In this document: one piece after another, positions 1 through 9,601 of the stretch
Numbering within the stretch: the stretch's first letter is position 1
Layout of the letters: each line of letters opens with the position of its first letter
Source of the DNA: Pyrinomonadaceae bacterium
GTDB taxonomy: Bacteria; Acidobacteriota; Blastocatellia; Pyrinomonadales; Pyrinomonadaceae
NCBI GenBank assembly: GCA_035297925.1
Contig: DATGYM010000411.1
Span: forward strand, 246-64,245
Direction of reading: 5' to 3'
DNA: 64,000 nt
Program-made: the position numbers and the translations under genes
Notes under the pieces: model-generated
Told to the model about the DNA's origin: nothing
Database searches by the model: none
What the model saw: only the letters and a program-made list of their open reading frames with translations

Positions 1-653
1 GTCAGTGGCTGCCAGAACCGTTGTTAACCGATCACGATCATGATCCCTCAGCAGCTTTGGCTATGGAGGAATCGCTTTCCATGGGATTTCTCGTCCTCCT
101 GGAGCGACTCACTCCAGTAGAGCGAGCTGTTTTCCTTCTCCGCGAGGTCTTTGAATACGAATATGAAGAGGTAGGCAGGATAACCCACCTGACCGAGGTT
201 AACTGTCGTCAAATTCTACGAAGGGCCCGCCAGCGCATCACCGAAGGCCGGCCACGTTTTGATCCATCTCCGGAAAAACAGGACGAATTGTTGACGCAGT
301 TTCTGGGAGCAACAGTGAACGGTGATATGAATGGGCTGATTTCGCTGCTGGCAAAAGATATCGTGCTCTATACAGATGGTGGCGGGAAGACGACCGCCGT
401 GCCTCAACCTGTTTATGGCCCCACGAACGTGGCACGTCTGTTGAGCATGGCGTTAAAGAAGTTTGCGGAGAACGTTGTGATCCGTCGCGCGCAGATAAAC
501 GGTCAGCCAGGCATTCTCGGTTACATAAATGGAATCGCTGAGACTGCTGTAATAGTAGATATCGCGGCTGGTCGTATTCAGAATGTCTATATCGTACGAA
601 ATCCCGATAAGCTCACAAGGGTGCCGCTTCTGTCGACCGAGTTTGTCTGCTGA
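1..653 (+). CDS. ECF-type sigma-70 factor, SigJ/ECF41-like, 5' end cut by window edge (region 4 plus NTF2/SnoaL-like C-terminal extension)
   Basis: The frame is open from nt 3 and reads QWLPEPLLTD, which contains the WLPEP linker typical of SigJ-like ECF sigmas. Then comes the region-4 HTH LTPVERAVFLLREVFEYEYEEVGRITHLTEVNCRQILRRARQRI, then a ~120-aa extension. Stop at 651-653. Confidence 0.8.
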   Translation, partial: QWLPEPLLTDHDHDPSAALAMEESLSMGFLVLLERLTPVERAVFLLREVFEYEYEEVGRITHLTEVNCRQILRRARQRITEGRPRFDPSPEKQDELLTQFLGATVNGDMNGLISLLAKDIVLYTDGGGKTTAVPQPVYGPTNVARLLSMALKKFAENVVIRRAQINGQPGILGYINGIAETAVIVDIAAGRIQNVYIVRNPDKLTRVPLLSTEFVC

Positions 654-678
654 GAACTGAGGGGATCTAGCCGTCGAT

Positions 679-1056
679 TCATATTAGCGTCACGCGTGCG
701 AAGAAATTGATCAGATTACCGTCCGGATCGCGAAAAAGCAGCGAACGATTTCCCCACGGTTGTGTGGTTGGTTCCAGCACAAATCCGGAAACAAAGCTCT
801 GCAGGCGCGATCGTTCGAAGTCTACGTCATCAACTTGAAATTCGATTATCGCCGTCCGATTCTTTTCGGCGACTGCAGCGCCGGCGCCATATAAATCAAT
901 AGAGCGCTGACTACAGATCGCAAGGGTACCAACCGTAGTGCGAAACTCTACATAGTCGTCACTGCCGAACACTGGCCCTAGTCCAGTAATGTCTTGATAG
1001 AAACTGACCAGCCGGGGAACGTCTCTGGTAACCAGTCGTATTTGTGTGAATTTCAT
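679..1056 (-). CDS. VOC (glyoxalase/bleomycin-resistance) family protein
   Basis: MKFTQIRLVTRDVPRLVSFYQDITGL...LLFRDPDGNLINFF shows the typical VOC pattern. ATG at 1056 has GAGG ~10 nt upstream. The ORF-track start at 1131 only adds codons overlapping the hydrolase remnant. Confidence 0.75.
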   Translation of the reverse strand: MKFTQIRLVTRDVPRLVSFYQDITGLGPVFGSDDYVEFRTTVGTLAICSQRSIDLYGAGAAVAEKNRTAIIEFQVDDVDFERSRLQSFVSGFVLEPTTQPWGNRSLLFRDPDGNLINFFARVTLI

Positions 1057-1099
1057 AAGCGTATGACCTCTCAATACGAGTGAGATCACCCTTCTCCGA

Positions 1100-1353
1100 A
1101 TGCGCCGCCACCCGTTCTCGGTGCCGGTCACGCAAGACGTCTGCTACGAATTCAGGGTCGTCGCACTTGGGGAAGTGATTTCTTTTCCGGATCACTACCT
1201 GGCTAGCACGATAGGGTTCCTTCCAACGTTGTTAGAATTCAAAAGGGCCATTGCGTTCGCCGAAGATTGTTATCAATGGCAAGCGACGAAAGGGCCGCGC
1301 GTTCATTTTGCTGATAAGTCAACTTGTTTAGCGTCGTGCTGATTGTTCGACAT
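1100..1353 (-). pseudogene. Internally deleted remnant of an alpha/beta hydrolase, paralog of the gene at 1618-2631
   Basis: The minus strand reads ATG-SNNQHDAKQ then a stop. In another frame it reads RPFRRLPLITIFGERNGPFEF*QRWKEPYRASQVVIRKRNHFPKCDDPEFVADVLRDRHRERVAA with an in-frame TAA. This aligns to [66 protein letters not shown] of the intact neighbour. The middle ~240 codons are missing. Confidence 0.75.
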
Positions 1354-1397
1354 CTTGCTTCTTCGTCCGAATTCATTACGTCTTACTTACCAGATAA

Positions 1398-1583
1398 TAG
1401 ACCAACGGTGAGTTGCTTTTGTGACAGGTGCCTTTAGCCGCGAGACGGCAATGAAACCGTAAGCTGCGCACTCCCAAATATTTCTGTCCTTAGATTCTGA
1501 GGACTGAGTTGTTCAGCTTCCAGCTTCATTACTTTTAATTCTGTCTAGAGAGCTTGTCACAAAGCGCTTCAACCGTTGGTCTA
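1398..1583. repeat. Imperfect ~29-nt inverted repeat pair (arms 1398-1426 and 1555-1583) upstream of the remnant and of the intact hydrolase gene
   Basis: TAGACCAACGGTGAGTTGCTTTTGTGACA versus the reverse complement of TGTCACAAAGCGCTTCAACCGTTGGTCTA. The shared blocks are TGTCACAAA and ACCGTTGGTCTA. Similarity continues through the two start codons. Confidence 0.8.
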
Positions 1584-1617
1584 GTGTTCGGACTTAGACA
1601 AATGGAGGAAAGCGAAG

Positions 1618-2631
1618 ATGGAGATTGTCAAACAATTAGCGACAGATTCAAGAGCACACACAAGTGCGACCCTTTCGGCACCGCGGAGAGTTTTAACGAA
1701 TGATGAGAATCAGGCAACGGACCTGGTACCAATGGCTCGTCCTTCGTGGTTGACGAAAGATGTCTGGCCGTTTCCTACCTCAGGGCTCGAAGTAGATGGC
1801 CACACCGTCGCCGTTACCGATGTTGGCAGCGGACCCGTTCTTTTATTTGTCCACACTGGCTTTTGGTCATTCATATGGCGCGACGTTATTTTGCGTCTCG
1901 CTCCCGACTTCCGTTGCATCTGTTTCGACGCCCCGGGGACCGGTCAGAGTGATCGCCTGCCCGCGGACAGCGTTAGTCTGGAAAAAGCTTCCCGGGCACT
2001 CACTGCAGTAATCCAGAGTCTCAACCTTCAAGAAGTCACCCTGGTGTTCCACGATCTCGGTGGGCCATCAGGGATCGCCGGGGCAGCTCAGGTGCCGGAT
2101 CGAATTCGCGGACTCTGTGCCGTCAACGCCTTTGCCTGGAAACCGAGTGGAGTCCTCTTTCGCTCCATGCTTGCTTTGATGGGAAGCACACTGCTGCGAG
2201 AGTTCGATGCTTTTACGCAAGTTCTTCCCAAAATAACTGCGAGTGCGTTCGGGGTCGGTCGGCACATGAACGAAGCCAGTCGTCGTGCGTTTCGAGCCGG
2301 CATTGGTCGGCAAGGCACACGTTCTTTTCATGGCTACCTGCGCGACACTCGCAAATCCGACACGATCTACAAGCAACTCGACCTTGCGCTAACTGGCCCA
2401 TTTCGACGGCTCCCACTGCTTACAATTTTCGGCGAACGCAACGATCCGCTTGGATTCCAGCCACACTGGAAACAATTGTTCAGTGATGCTCGCCAGGTCG
2501 TGGTAAGCAAAGGCAATCACTTCCCGATGTGCGACGACCCGGACCTCGTGGCGACGTCAATCCGTGAATGGCATAGCGATCGCGTGGCGCCGACCATGGT
2601 GTTGAGGGAATTGAAGCCGTTTAGGAACTAA
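1618..2631 (+). CDS. Alpha/beta hydrolase, haloalkane-dehalogenase-like (Asp nucleophile type)
   Basis: [26 protein letters not shown], nucleophile elbow [11 protein letters not shown]-terminal [11 protein letters not shown] (catalytic His region). GGAGGAAAG lies upstream of the ATG. Confidence 0.85.
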   Translation: MEIVKQLATDSRAHTSATLSAPRRVLTNDENQATDLVPMARPSWLTKDVWPFPTSGLEVDGHTVAVTDVGSGPVLLFVHTGFWSFIWRDVILRLAPDFRCICFDAPGTGQSDRLPADSVSLEKASRALTAVIQSLNLQEVTLVFHDLGGPSGIAGAAQVPDRIRGLCAVNAFAWKPSGVLFRSMLALMGSTLLREFDAFTQVLPKITASAFGVGRHMNEASRRAFRAGIGRQGTRSFHGYLRDTRKSDTIYKQLDLALTGPFRRLPLLTIFGERNDPLGFQPHWKQLFSDARQVVVSKGNHFPMCDDPDLVATSIREWHSDRVAPTMVLRELKPFRN

Positions 2632-2666
2632 CCAATATCGACAGCAAGTATGGGAGAAACGAAACA

Positions 2667-3563
2667 ATGACTACTGATCGGTTCAATACGACAGATGATC
2701 ACCCGAGACGGCGCGTCGCCGTGCTCGACACAGAGATTAGCTACGTCGACAGCGGCCAGGGGGATCCGATTATCTTCCTTCATGGCAACCCGACGTCTTC
2801 CTATCTTTGGCGAAATATCATTCCTTATCTCAGCGGGCTCGGCCGGTGCCTGGCTCCCGATTTGGTCGGCATGGGCCAATCCGGAAAGTCGCCAAAGCAA
2901 GCATATCGATTTGTCGATCATGCGAGCTATCTTGATGCCTGGTTCGAGTCCCTCAATCTGACAAGCAAGATCACTCTGGTCGTACATGATTGGGGGTCGG
3001 CCCTGGGGTTCTACCGCGCATTTCGCTATCCCGCACAGATCCAGGCGATCGCCTACATGGAGGCTATCGTTCTGCCACGACGTTGGGAAGACTTTGGCGA
3101 GGCCGCCGGCATTTTCCAGGGGCTTCGCTCCGAACGGGGCGAGCAGATGATCTTCGATGAGAATTTCTTCGTGGAAACAGTGTTGCCGCGAGCCGTCCTG
3201 CGCAAGTTGAGCGAACAGGAAATGGCCGCCTACCGCGCACCGTTTCTTGAACGCGAAGCCCGGTTGCCGACGCTAGTCTGGCCGCGCCAAATCCCAATCG
3301 AGGGTGAGCCGGCCGATGTCACGGCGATCGTTGAAGCCTACGGAGAAGCGATGTCTCAGAGCCCAATTCCCAAGCTCCTGATTGTGGGTGAACCGGGAGC
3401 TATCATGAACGGTCGTACCCTCGAATTCTGCCGAACCTGGAAGAACCAGACAGAAGTCGCAGTCAAGGGCTCGCACTTCCTGCAGGAAGACTCTCCGGAT
3501 GAAATTGGCAAGGCTCTACAAACATTCGTGAAATCCGCCCGCGGGGCTGCGGCCAGGGCCTGA
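2667..3563 (+). CDS. dhaA: Haloalkane dehalogenase (HLD-II, DhaA/LinB-like)
   Basis: [31 protein letters not shown] (Asp nucleophile followed by Trp), [20 protein letters not shown] (catalytic His). Full-length at 298 aa. Confidence 0.9.
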   Translation: MTTDRFNTTDDHPRRRVAVLDTEISYVDSGQGDPIIFLHGNPTSSYLWRNIIPYLSGLGRCLAPDLVGMGQSGKSPKQAYRFVDHASYLDAWFESLNLTSKITLVVHDWGSALGFYRAFRYPAQIQAIAYMEAIVLPRRWEDFGEAAGIFQGLRSERGEQMIFDENFFVETVLPRAVLRKLSEQEMAAYRAPFLEREARLPTLVWPRQIPIEGEPADVTAIVEAYGEAMSQSPIPKLLIVGEPGAIMNGRTLEFCRTWKNQTEVAVKGSHFLQEDSPDEIGKALQTFVKSARGAAARA

Positions 3564-3681
3564 AAAGATTTCTAAGTCGCTGATCAACGTCGGGATTGAC
3601 CTTGTCATCAACGACCGTCGCTTAGGGACTTGTTCGCAGGAGTTGGCTGACAGAACTTCCAGTCCATGAGTCGAATGAAGT

Positions 3682-4152
3682 TTGGAAGGAAATTCGAAAG
3701 TGACTAATACGTCAACCGGACGCTCCCGTCGAATAGCGGGCAACATTCTAATATTTCTAACGGGACTGATGCTCATTGGGAGCGCTGCCGCGAAGTTTGC
3801 GCAAGTTTCGCCGGTTGTCAGTCAGCTGGCAGCGCTTGGATTCGCGGGTAGCAAATTGATGATCATTGGTGCTCTCGAGATCTTGAGCGCACTTCTCTTT
3901 CTCGTGCCGCGCACGAGGTCAGTAGGACTGCTAATGATTTCAGCGTACATGGGAGGAGCGGTCGCCGCGCATATGGGACACAACGAACCGGTGTATCAAC
4001 CTGCCTTCGTTCTGGCCTTGTTCTGGATCGGCGCTTGGCTGCGCCATCCGGAATTCCTCTTGAGGTTTAGTCACGGTACCTCTGGCACAAATCAGTTTGG
4101 ATCTTCGGGAGCGAAGAGCATCGTAGACCAGGGAGTGCAGGAGTTGCGTTGA
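3682..4152 (+). CDS. DoxX-like family membrane protein
   Basis: Four hydrophobic helices; GALEILSALLFLVPRTRSVGLLMISAYMGGAVAAHM is typical of DoxX-like proteins. The start could instead be GTG at 3700. Confidence 0.7.
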   Translation: MEGNSKVTNTSTGRSRRIAGNILIFLTGLMLIGSAAAKFAQVSPVVSQLAALGFAGSKLMIIGALEILSALLFLVPRTRSVGLLMISAYMGGAVAAHMGHNEPVYQPAFVLALFWIGAWLRHPEFLLRFSHGTSGTNQFGSSGAKSIVDQGVQELR

Positions 4153-4344
4153 AGGTAGGAGGGCAGCTCACTGGATTTAGCGAGAGGCTGTCCGTGAATC
4201 GCAAGCGCGATACGTGGTCCCGTAGGTGTGAAATTGCTTTATGGAAGAATCGAGGGGTCGAATGTTGGTCAATAACGCCACGAGGCTGCGCCAGAGTCTT
4301 AAGTCAAGTGGGTCTTGGAGACTGAGACAACGGGTGGGATTGTG

Positions 4345-5298
4345 ATGAGCGGCGCCCACGCCCAGGGCGGACGGACCGCGCTCGTGACCGGGGGAACCGA
4401 CGGTATTGGGAAGGAAGTGGCCCGCGGCATTGCGCTCGCGGGGCATCACGTAGCCCTGGTGGGACGCGACGCGCAGAAGGGCGCTCGGGCTGTGCAGGAA
4501 ATTTATAATTCGACTGGCAACCCGAACGTGGAGTTTCTTGCGGCAGATTTGAGCCTGATGAGTGAAGCGAACCGTTTGGCTGAGGAGGTCGCCTCCCGCT
4601 GGGAGGGACTTAATTACCTGGTACACAGCGCCGGCGTGGTGCGCGACCATCGCGAGCTGACTGAAGAGGGCGTCGAGTCTAATTTCGCAATTAACTACTT
4701 AAGTCGATTCGTGCTGACCCAGAGATTGCTTCCGCTCATGAAGGTTGCCGGCCAGCCCGGTGATACGGCGCGGATAGTAATCATCAGCGGCGCGGCAAGA
4801 AACGGATCGATTTATTTCGACGACGTAAACCTCACTTCTACATTTGGTTTGTTGAAGGTGGTGGGGCAATCCTGCCAGGCGAACGACGTATTCACAGTGG
4901 AACAGGCCCGGCGGCTGGCAAGCGACAATGACAATATAGTCACGATTACGTGTCTAAAGATGGGCGTAGTTAAAACGAACATTCGGAACGGCCGCGGCTT
5001 CCCCTGGTGGATGAAAGTGCTTGTGCCGTTAATGTTGGATCCATTTGTGGGGCAGACCCCGAAAGAAGCCGCTGAGTCGGCGTTGAGGATTCTCTTGGCC
5101 GGCGAATATGAAGGTGTCACAGGCGCTCTGTTCCTCAAAATCAGAAAGTTCAAACGAATTGCTTTGGCTACCGGTGTGACGGATCCGGAAATCGGAAGGC
5201 AACTTTGGGAGTTGAGCGAACGACTTTCGGCACCGCCCACAGGGCCTGCCATCGATCGATCGCCGCTGCCCATTACGGAACTAGCATTACAGAACTAG
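4345..5298 (+). CDS. SDR family oxidoreductase
   Basis: Rossmann motif ALVTGGTDGIGKEVA, NYLVHSAGV. ATG 4345 is preferred over the ORF-track TTG at 4315. Confidence 0.85.
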   Translation: MSGAHAQGGRTALVTGGTDGIGKEVARGIALAGHHVALVGRDAQKGARAVQEIYNSTGNPNVEFLAADLSLMSEANRLAEEVASRWEGLNYLVHSAGVVRDHRELTEEGVESNFAINYLSRFVLTQRLLPLMKVAGQPGDTARIVIISGAARNGSIYFDDVNLTSTFGLLKVVGQSCQANDVFTVEQARRLASDNDNIVTITCLKMGVVKTNIRNGRGFPWWMKVLVPLMLDPFVGQTPKEAAESALRILLAGEYEGVTGALFLKIRKFKRIALATGVTDPEIGRQLWELSERLSAPPTGPAIDRSPLPITELALQN

Positions 5299-5311
5299 CA
5301 TTAGGAGAAAA

Positions 5312-5743
5312 ATGAAAACATTTTGGAAAATAGCACCCTGGTTGATCCGGCTCATTCTGGTATTTCCGACGCTCATCTTTGTACTTATCGCTTCAAAATA
5401 CCTGACACACCCCGCGCAGGCAGCCGCCGAGGTTGGCATATCGCTTACTGCGCCTCTAGGTGCGACCATTCTGCGCGTCGGCTTTGGAGCGTTCCCGCTT
5501 GGATGTGCGATCTTTATCTTCGCTTGTCTGATCTCTGAGCGCCGAATCCTGACAGGTTTAAGCTTCGTCGCGACGATGGTCGGTGTCGTCCTGATCGTGA
5601 GAATTTATGGCATGCTGGTCGACGGTACAGTGAAGGAAAGCATGACCCTGATCCGCCCAGAAGGAATATTGCTGGCTGTCTGTTTCATCGGCCTCATAAT
5701 CGAGTTCAGCCGTCGACGACACAAGATTCACGGCACGGCATAG
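5312..5743 (+). CDS. Small integral membrane protein (4 TM, DUF4345-like)
   Basis: 143 aa with four hydrophobic segments. AGGAGAAAAATG gives a ribosome-binding site. The family assignment is by resemblance only. Confidence 0.6.
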   Translation: MKTFWKIAPWLIRLILVFPTLIFVLIASKYLTHPAQAAAEVGISLTAPLGATILRVGFGAFPLGCAIFIFACLISERRILTGLSFVATMVGVVLIVRIYGMLVDGTVKESMTLIRPEGILLAVCFIGLIIEFSRRRHKIHGTA

Positions 5744-5849
5744 CGAGGCGGGATCTAAACGAGCGCCGACTATTTGCTCAAACACATAAGTCTCGTTCAG
5801 AGCCACGGATCGCTCAAGGACAATACGAAGAGAGGAAGGGAAGTAAATC

Positions 5850-6269
5850 ATGAACGACACGGACTATTCACTTCCACCCACAGAAGGAATCGCACTTACA
5901 CATTTTCTGACGGTGGCAGATGTAGGGCGGTCAGCGGACTTCTATTCGCGTATTCTCGGCGGCGTCATTGTCCGCCATGGTCAGCCAACCATTCTTCAAC
6001 TGGCAAACAGCTGGGTGATCGTGAACGTAGGGGGTGGACCTACTGACGATAAGCCAACTGTTACCTTGCGCCCGCCGTCAAAACTTGACGAAGTCAGTAA
6101 CTTTATGAACATTCGTGTTGCTGATATCAGAACCTGCTACGAAAATTGGAAAAGCAAAGGGGCAGAATTCCTGACCGAGCCTAAAGACCGTGGCGGTGAA
6201 ATTCGATGCTACATGCGTGATCCCGATGGATATCTGATCGAGGTCGGGCAGACGGTAGCCACGAGGTAG
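5850..6269 (+). CDS. VOC/glyoxalase family protein
   Basis: LTHFLTVADVGRSADFYSRILGG...RCYMRDPDGYLIEVGQ is a VOC-fold signature. GGAAGGGAAG lies upstream. Confidence 0.8.
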   Translation: MNDTDYSLPPTEGIALTHFLTVADVGRSADFYSRILGGVIVRHGQPTILQLANSWVIVNVGGGPTDDKPTVTLRPPSKLDEVSNFMNIRVADIRTCYENWKSKGAEFLTEPKDRGGEIRCYMRDPDGYLIEVGQTVATR

Positions 6270-6315
6270 GTGCGGCACAGTAGACAGGGAGAGGCATACC
6301 GGAAATCGCGAGGCG

Positions 6316-7152
6316 TCAGTTCCAGTCACTGCCTACTCCACAATTATCGATCAACTCCTTGAGAATCTTGAGCGAGTTATCCGTTCGATGCTCGCAATAT
6401 TCAACGACGCTGAAACCAACGACATTGAGAGATTCTGCCAACTCTTGAATAAGAAGTTGAACTTCCGCAAGCGAAGGACCGCCTCGTGTTTGCATTAAGG
6501 AGTTCGGAAAGCTACTTGGATTAAGAACATCCAAGTCCAGGTGCACATACCCTTGCTTGAATCCGGCAGCTCTTATTCGATCGGTAAGAACATTGGGCGC
6601 GGATAATTCCTCAGACAAAGTAACAGATATTGCACTCTGTTCAATAAATGCTTGCTCCGGCAGATCAAGCTCCCGGGTTCCAGCCAGAAATACTTGTCCA
6701 GGCGTAAGCTGACGCCTTAAGAATGAAACGTACTCCTCAGGTCCTTCGCCAAGCAGCGTCCTCAACGCCATACCGTGGAAGTGTCCAGTGGTCGAGGATT
6801 CAGGAGTGTTAAGATCCCCGTGGGCATCCAACCAGATTACCGCGAGATCGCCATCGTACTTTTCATTGAGGTATCCAACCGGAGCGACCTCAGCGCCACA
6901 GGTACCGCCAACCATGAGAATCCGGGACGGATCGCGTTCGCGAAGGTCACGAATCGTTCTTTGGAATCGGGGAGCTATCGAACTCAAACCAAAAACCCCT
7001 TTGGTCACTTCCAGCGTCTCCTCCACTGGAACGCCAACCTGAACAAAATCTATTTCGCTGAAAATCGTTTCGACTAGCTTAAGGGCGCCAAAATGTACGG
7101 CTGTGTTTTCGCCACAGCCTTGCCACTCTGGATATGAGAGCGCTAATTGCAT
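6316..7152 (-). CDS. Arginase/ureohydrolase-fold protein with a non-canonical first metal motif
   Basis: VIWLDAHGDLN (DAHxD), HLDLDVLNPSSFP (DxDxxxP) and FSVVEY are present. The usual GGDH(S) is replaced by GGTCG. Confidence 0.8.
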   Translation of the reverse strand: MQLALSYPEWQGCGENTAVHFGALKLVETIFSEIDFVQVGVPVEETLEVTKGVFGLSSIAPRFQRTIRDLRERDPSRILMVGGTCGAEVAPVGYLNEKYDGDLAVIWLDAHGDLNTPESSTTGHFHGMALRTLLGEGPEEYVSFLRRQLTPGQVFLAGTRELDLPEQAFIEQSAISVTLSEELSAPNVLTDRIRAAGFKQGYVHLDLDVLNPSSFPNSLMQTRGGPSLAEVQLLIQELAESLNVVGFSVVEYCEHRTDNSLKILKELIDNCGVGSDWN

Positions 7153-7238
7153 AGAGTTCCTTCGGTCATTGCAAGAGAGTGCTGCGAGCCGTCGAGAGAA
7201 AGCTACCGGCTCCGAGAGTAATGTTGGTCAGCGCTACC

Positions 7239-8345
7239 TCATGAGGAAGAGCGTGCGATTCTCTTAATAAGATCACTTGACCAGGTGGCCAACCGCTCCT
7301 GCGAGGCGCGATTATGTTTCGCGGTGGCCTTATTATAAGTTGGAAGCAGCTTCCGGTTATCGCAAATACACTCGATCAGCTTAGCGCGGCCAAACGTTTT
7401 CTCGATGGTCACAGACATCTTCCAGCCCACGGTATACCAGGGACCTTGAATCCCCAGGAATGAGGCCCACGTCTCTTGCTCTGCTTGTTCGCTGAGACGA
7501 TTCTCCAGCACATCCACTAGAAACTGGTCCACCTTCTTAAAGTCAGCATTGTAGTTGGCCATGTCGCGGTCCCAGCGCGCCCTCTCTTTAGGTTGGCTAA
7601 CAGCATGAGGATGAATATCGGGGCCTCCGGCTGCTGCCAATATCGCGAAGCCTTCCCCAAATGCTCCAATCCATGTGATGGCCCTCTGAACATTCGGCGG
7701 CAAGTTGGAAATCTCCGCAGCCGTCTGCGCGGAAGGGCAACTACTTCGGTAGCCAATGTGGTGCAGTTCGTGAGCGAGGGTATTCTCGAACTTCTCTTTA
7801 GAGACCTCAGAATCGAGATAGAGAAAGATCGCCGGATCCGTCTTTAACTCGAAGACGAAACTATTTGTTCCCGGCTTAATCACGGGATATATCTTCGCGC
7901 GAATTTGGGCACGACGGGGCAAATAAGCCAGAGCACGTCGGGCCGCCGCGCTAACATCCGCTTGTTTCCATCTTTGAAGCGTTTCCGCGAGAGCGTCTTC
8001 CCGCTTGGCAAGGTCATCGGACAAAACAAAAGTCTTGAAGATGGTGTCGTCAAAAGGATCTGCCTCCTTGTACATCTGTACGATCTGGGTTTCACGCTTC
8101 TTCAACCTGATGTAACCTTCGCTGGCAAACAGTTGCTGCCAATCACCCTCACCGACTGGTTCACCGGCCTTCTTCTTCGCGAGTATGTTAAGCACTGCCT
8201 CTGCCTCATCGGTCACAATACGCACACTGACTCCTGGCAAGTCAGAGGATTGAGCAGAGCAAAGAGCTGACGACCCACAAAAAATAACGGCACCAAGAAG
8301 AATACTCATCAAGCGGCGATCATTAGCCATGCTCTTACGATTCAT
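7239..8345 (-). CDS. Secreted putative Zn-metalloprotease (HExxH; DUF5700/DUF2268-like)
   Basis: Signal-like N-terminus MNRKSMANDRRLMSILLGAVIFCGSSALCSAQ and the LAHELHHIGY motif. Start at 8345 is preferred over ORF-track 8405. Confidence 0.6.
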   Translation of the reverse strand: MNRKSMANDRRLMSILLGAVIFCGSSALCSAQSSDLPGVSVRIVTDEAEAVLNILAKKKAGEPVGEGDWQQLFASEGYIRLKKRETQIVQMYKEADPFDDTIFKTFVLSDDLAKREDALAETLQRWKQADVSAAARRALAYLPRRAQIRAKIYPVIKPGTNSFVFELKTDPAIFLYLDSEVSKEKFENTLAHELHHIGYRSSCPSAQTAAEISNLPPNVQRAITWIGAFGEGFAILAAAGGPDIHPHAVSQPKERARWDRDMANYNADFKKVDQFLVDVLENRLSEQAEQETWASFLGIQGPWYTVGWKMSVTIEKTFGRAKLIECICDNRKLLPTYNKATAKHNRASQERLATWSSDLIKRIARSSS

Positions 8346-8517
8346 ATCTACTCCCGGTTCTAGAGATTGATTTCCTGGAAAGATCAATGCCGATTCGCAT
8401 GTCAACGCTCGGCTACGGTTGTATTCTCAGCTTCAAAAACCTCTCGAGGACCTCAAAGCAATTCCAGTTGACATCACTGCTTTCTGAATTCGCTCTGTTT
8501 AGAGGCAAGAATCGCAA

Positions 8518-9369
8518 TTATTTGCTGATCAGCACGATGTGTTGAGAATAATCCACACTCAAGACGAGTTGCGAAACAATGTCTGACCCTATCCCAAGCA
8601 TGATAGGTTGCGGCAATCCCTCGCTGATGTCGTTAAAGTCGACTTCTTTTGCAGATGATACCGAGAAAGAATAGCGTCCCATCTTTATCTCCCTGATCTC
8701 ATATCCGTTCTTTGCCGGCGGTAGACCGAGGGCAGTTACCAGGAGAGTATCCACGCAGGTTCGACTCTTACCCGTATCAACCTGGATTAAAGCCTTGCGA
8801 CCATTCACGGTTCCCTCAATCACTATCATTTGCGGGTAACGTGAAGCAGGGAACATTGGCAGTACATCACCAGACACGTTCTGCTTTGGCAGCGGAGAAT
8901 CCGAAACGGCTATGACCCGGTTGTGATAGTCCAGGGTGAACCTGCCGCTCAATACAAAGTGCGGTCCGATGGTTCCGTCTAAATCAGTTTGCCAGAATTC
9001 ATTTGCCTGTTTGTTGCTCCAGGTCTTTCCGAGCAGGTTGAGTTGGCCGAGAGCGAATCGCTTGTGCGTGCCCAGCAATGCTCCGGAAGTATCGTAGTAT
9101 TTGTCTTCACCAGACACTGTGAGGCTGAGACGTTTTGCCAGCTCAGGGTTTATCAGAGGATTACCCATATTTCCTGTGTCCCAAACAAAGTTCAGATCAT
9201 TTCCATTCACGGAAACCGGAACCAGAGGAAACCCATATTTGCCAATCGTGATCGGGAAAAGTTCGTTCTGTTGATACCTTAAAACCTCTTGCCATGGGGC
9301 TGATGGCCTGCCCGTCTGAAAGCTCAGGACTGGCAGAGCGAATAAGAAGAGAACAAGTGATCGCAGCAT
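8518..9369 (-). CDS. Secreted or membrane-anchored two-lobed retropepsin-like aspartic protease. This is the conservative start; the frame stays open upstream to 9684.
   Basis: MLRSLVLFLFALPVLSF is a hydrophobic leader. There are two D-T-G motifs, FVWDTGNMGNPLINPELAKRLSL and LIQVDTGKSRTCVDTLLVTALGL. Alternative starts are TTG 9585, ATG 9651 and ATG 9684. Confidence 0.6.
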   Translation of the reverse strand: MLRSLVLFLFALPVLSFQTGRPSAPWQEVLRYQQNELFPITIGKYGFPLVPVSVNGNDLNFVWDTGNMGNPLINPELAKRLSLTVSGEDKYYDTSGALLGTHKRFALGQLNLLGKTWSNKQANEFWQTDLDGTIGPHFVLSGRFTLDYHNRVIAVSDSPLPKQNVSGDVLPMFPASRYPQMIVIEGTVNGRKALIQVDTGKSRTCVDTLLVTALGLPPAKNGYEIREIKMGRYSFSVSSAKEVDFNDISEGLPQPIMLGIGSDIVSQLVLSVDYSQHIVLISK

Positions 9370-9601
9370 GTGAATGTCTCGACAAATTCTTAACTTCGGA
9401 GTCAGGCCTGATCCGATTTGTGCGATTCTCGATAGTCGGCGCTTCTGTATTCTCTGCTGTTCAAAAACTTCTGCCCAGGTGCGGTAACCTGTACCATTCA
9501 AATCCGAAATCGCGAGATCGCAGGCCTGACCCCAGTTTAGGGTTTCTTTGTTCACGGAGAAACCTTCACTTTTTTGCGCATGCAAGTCGCGCGATGCTTC
9601 T

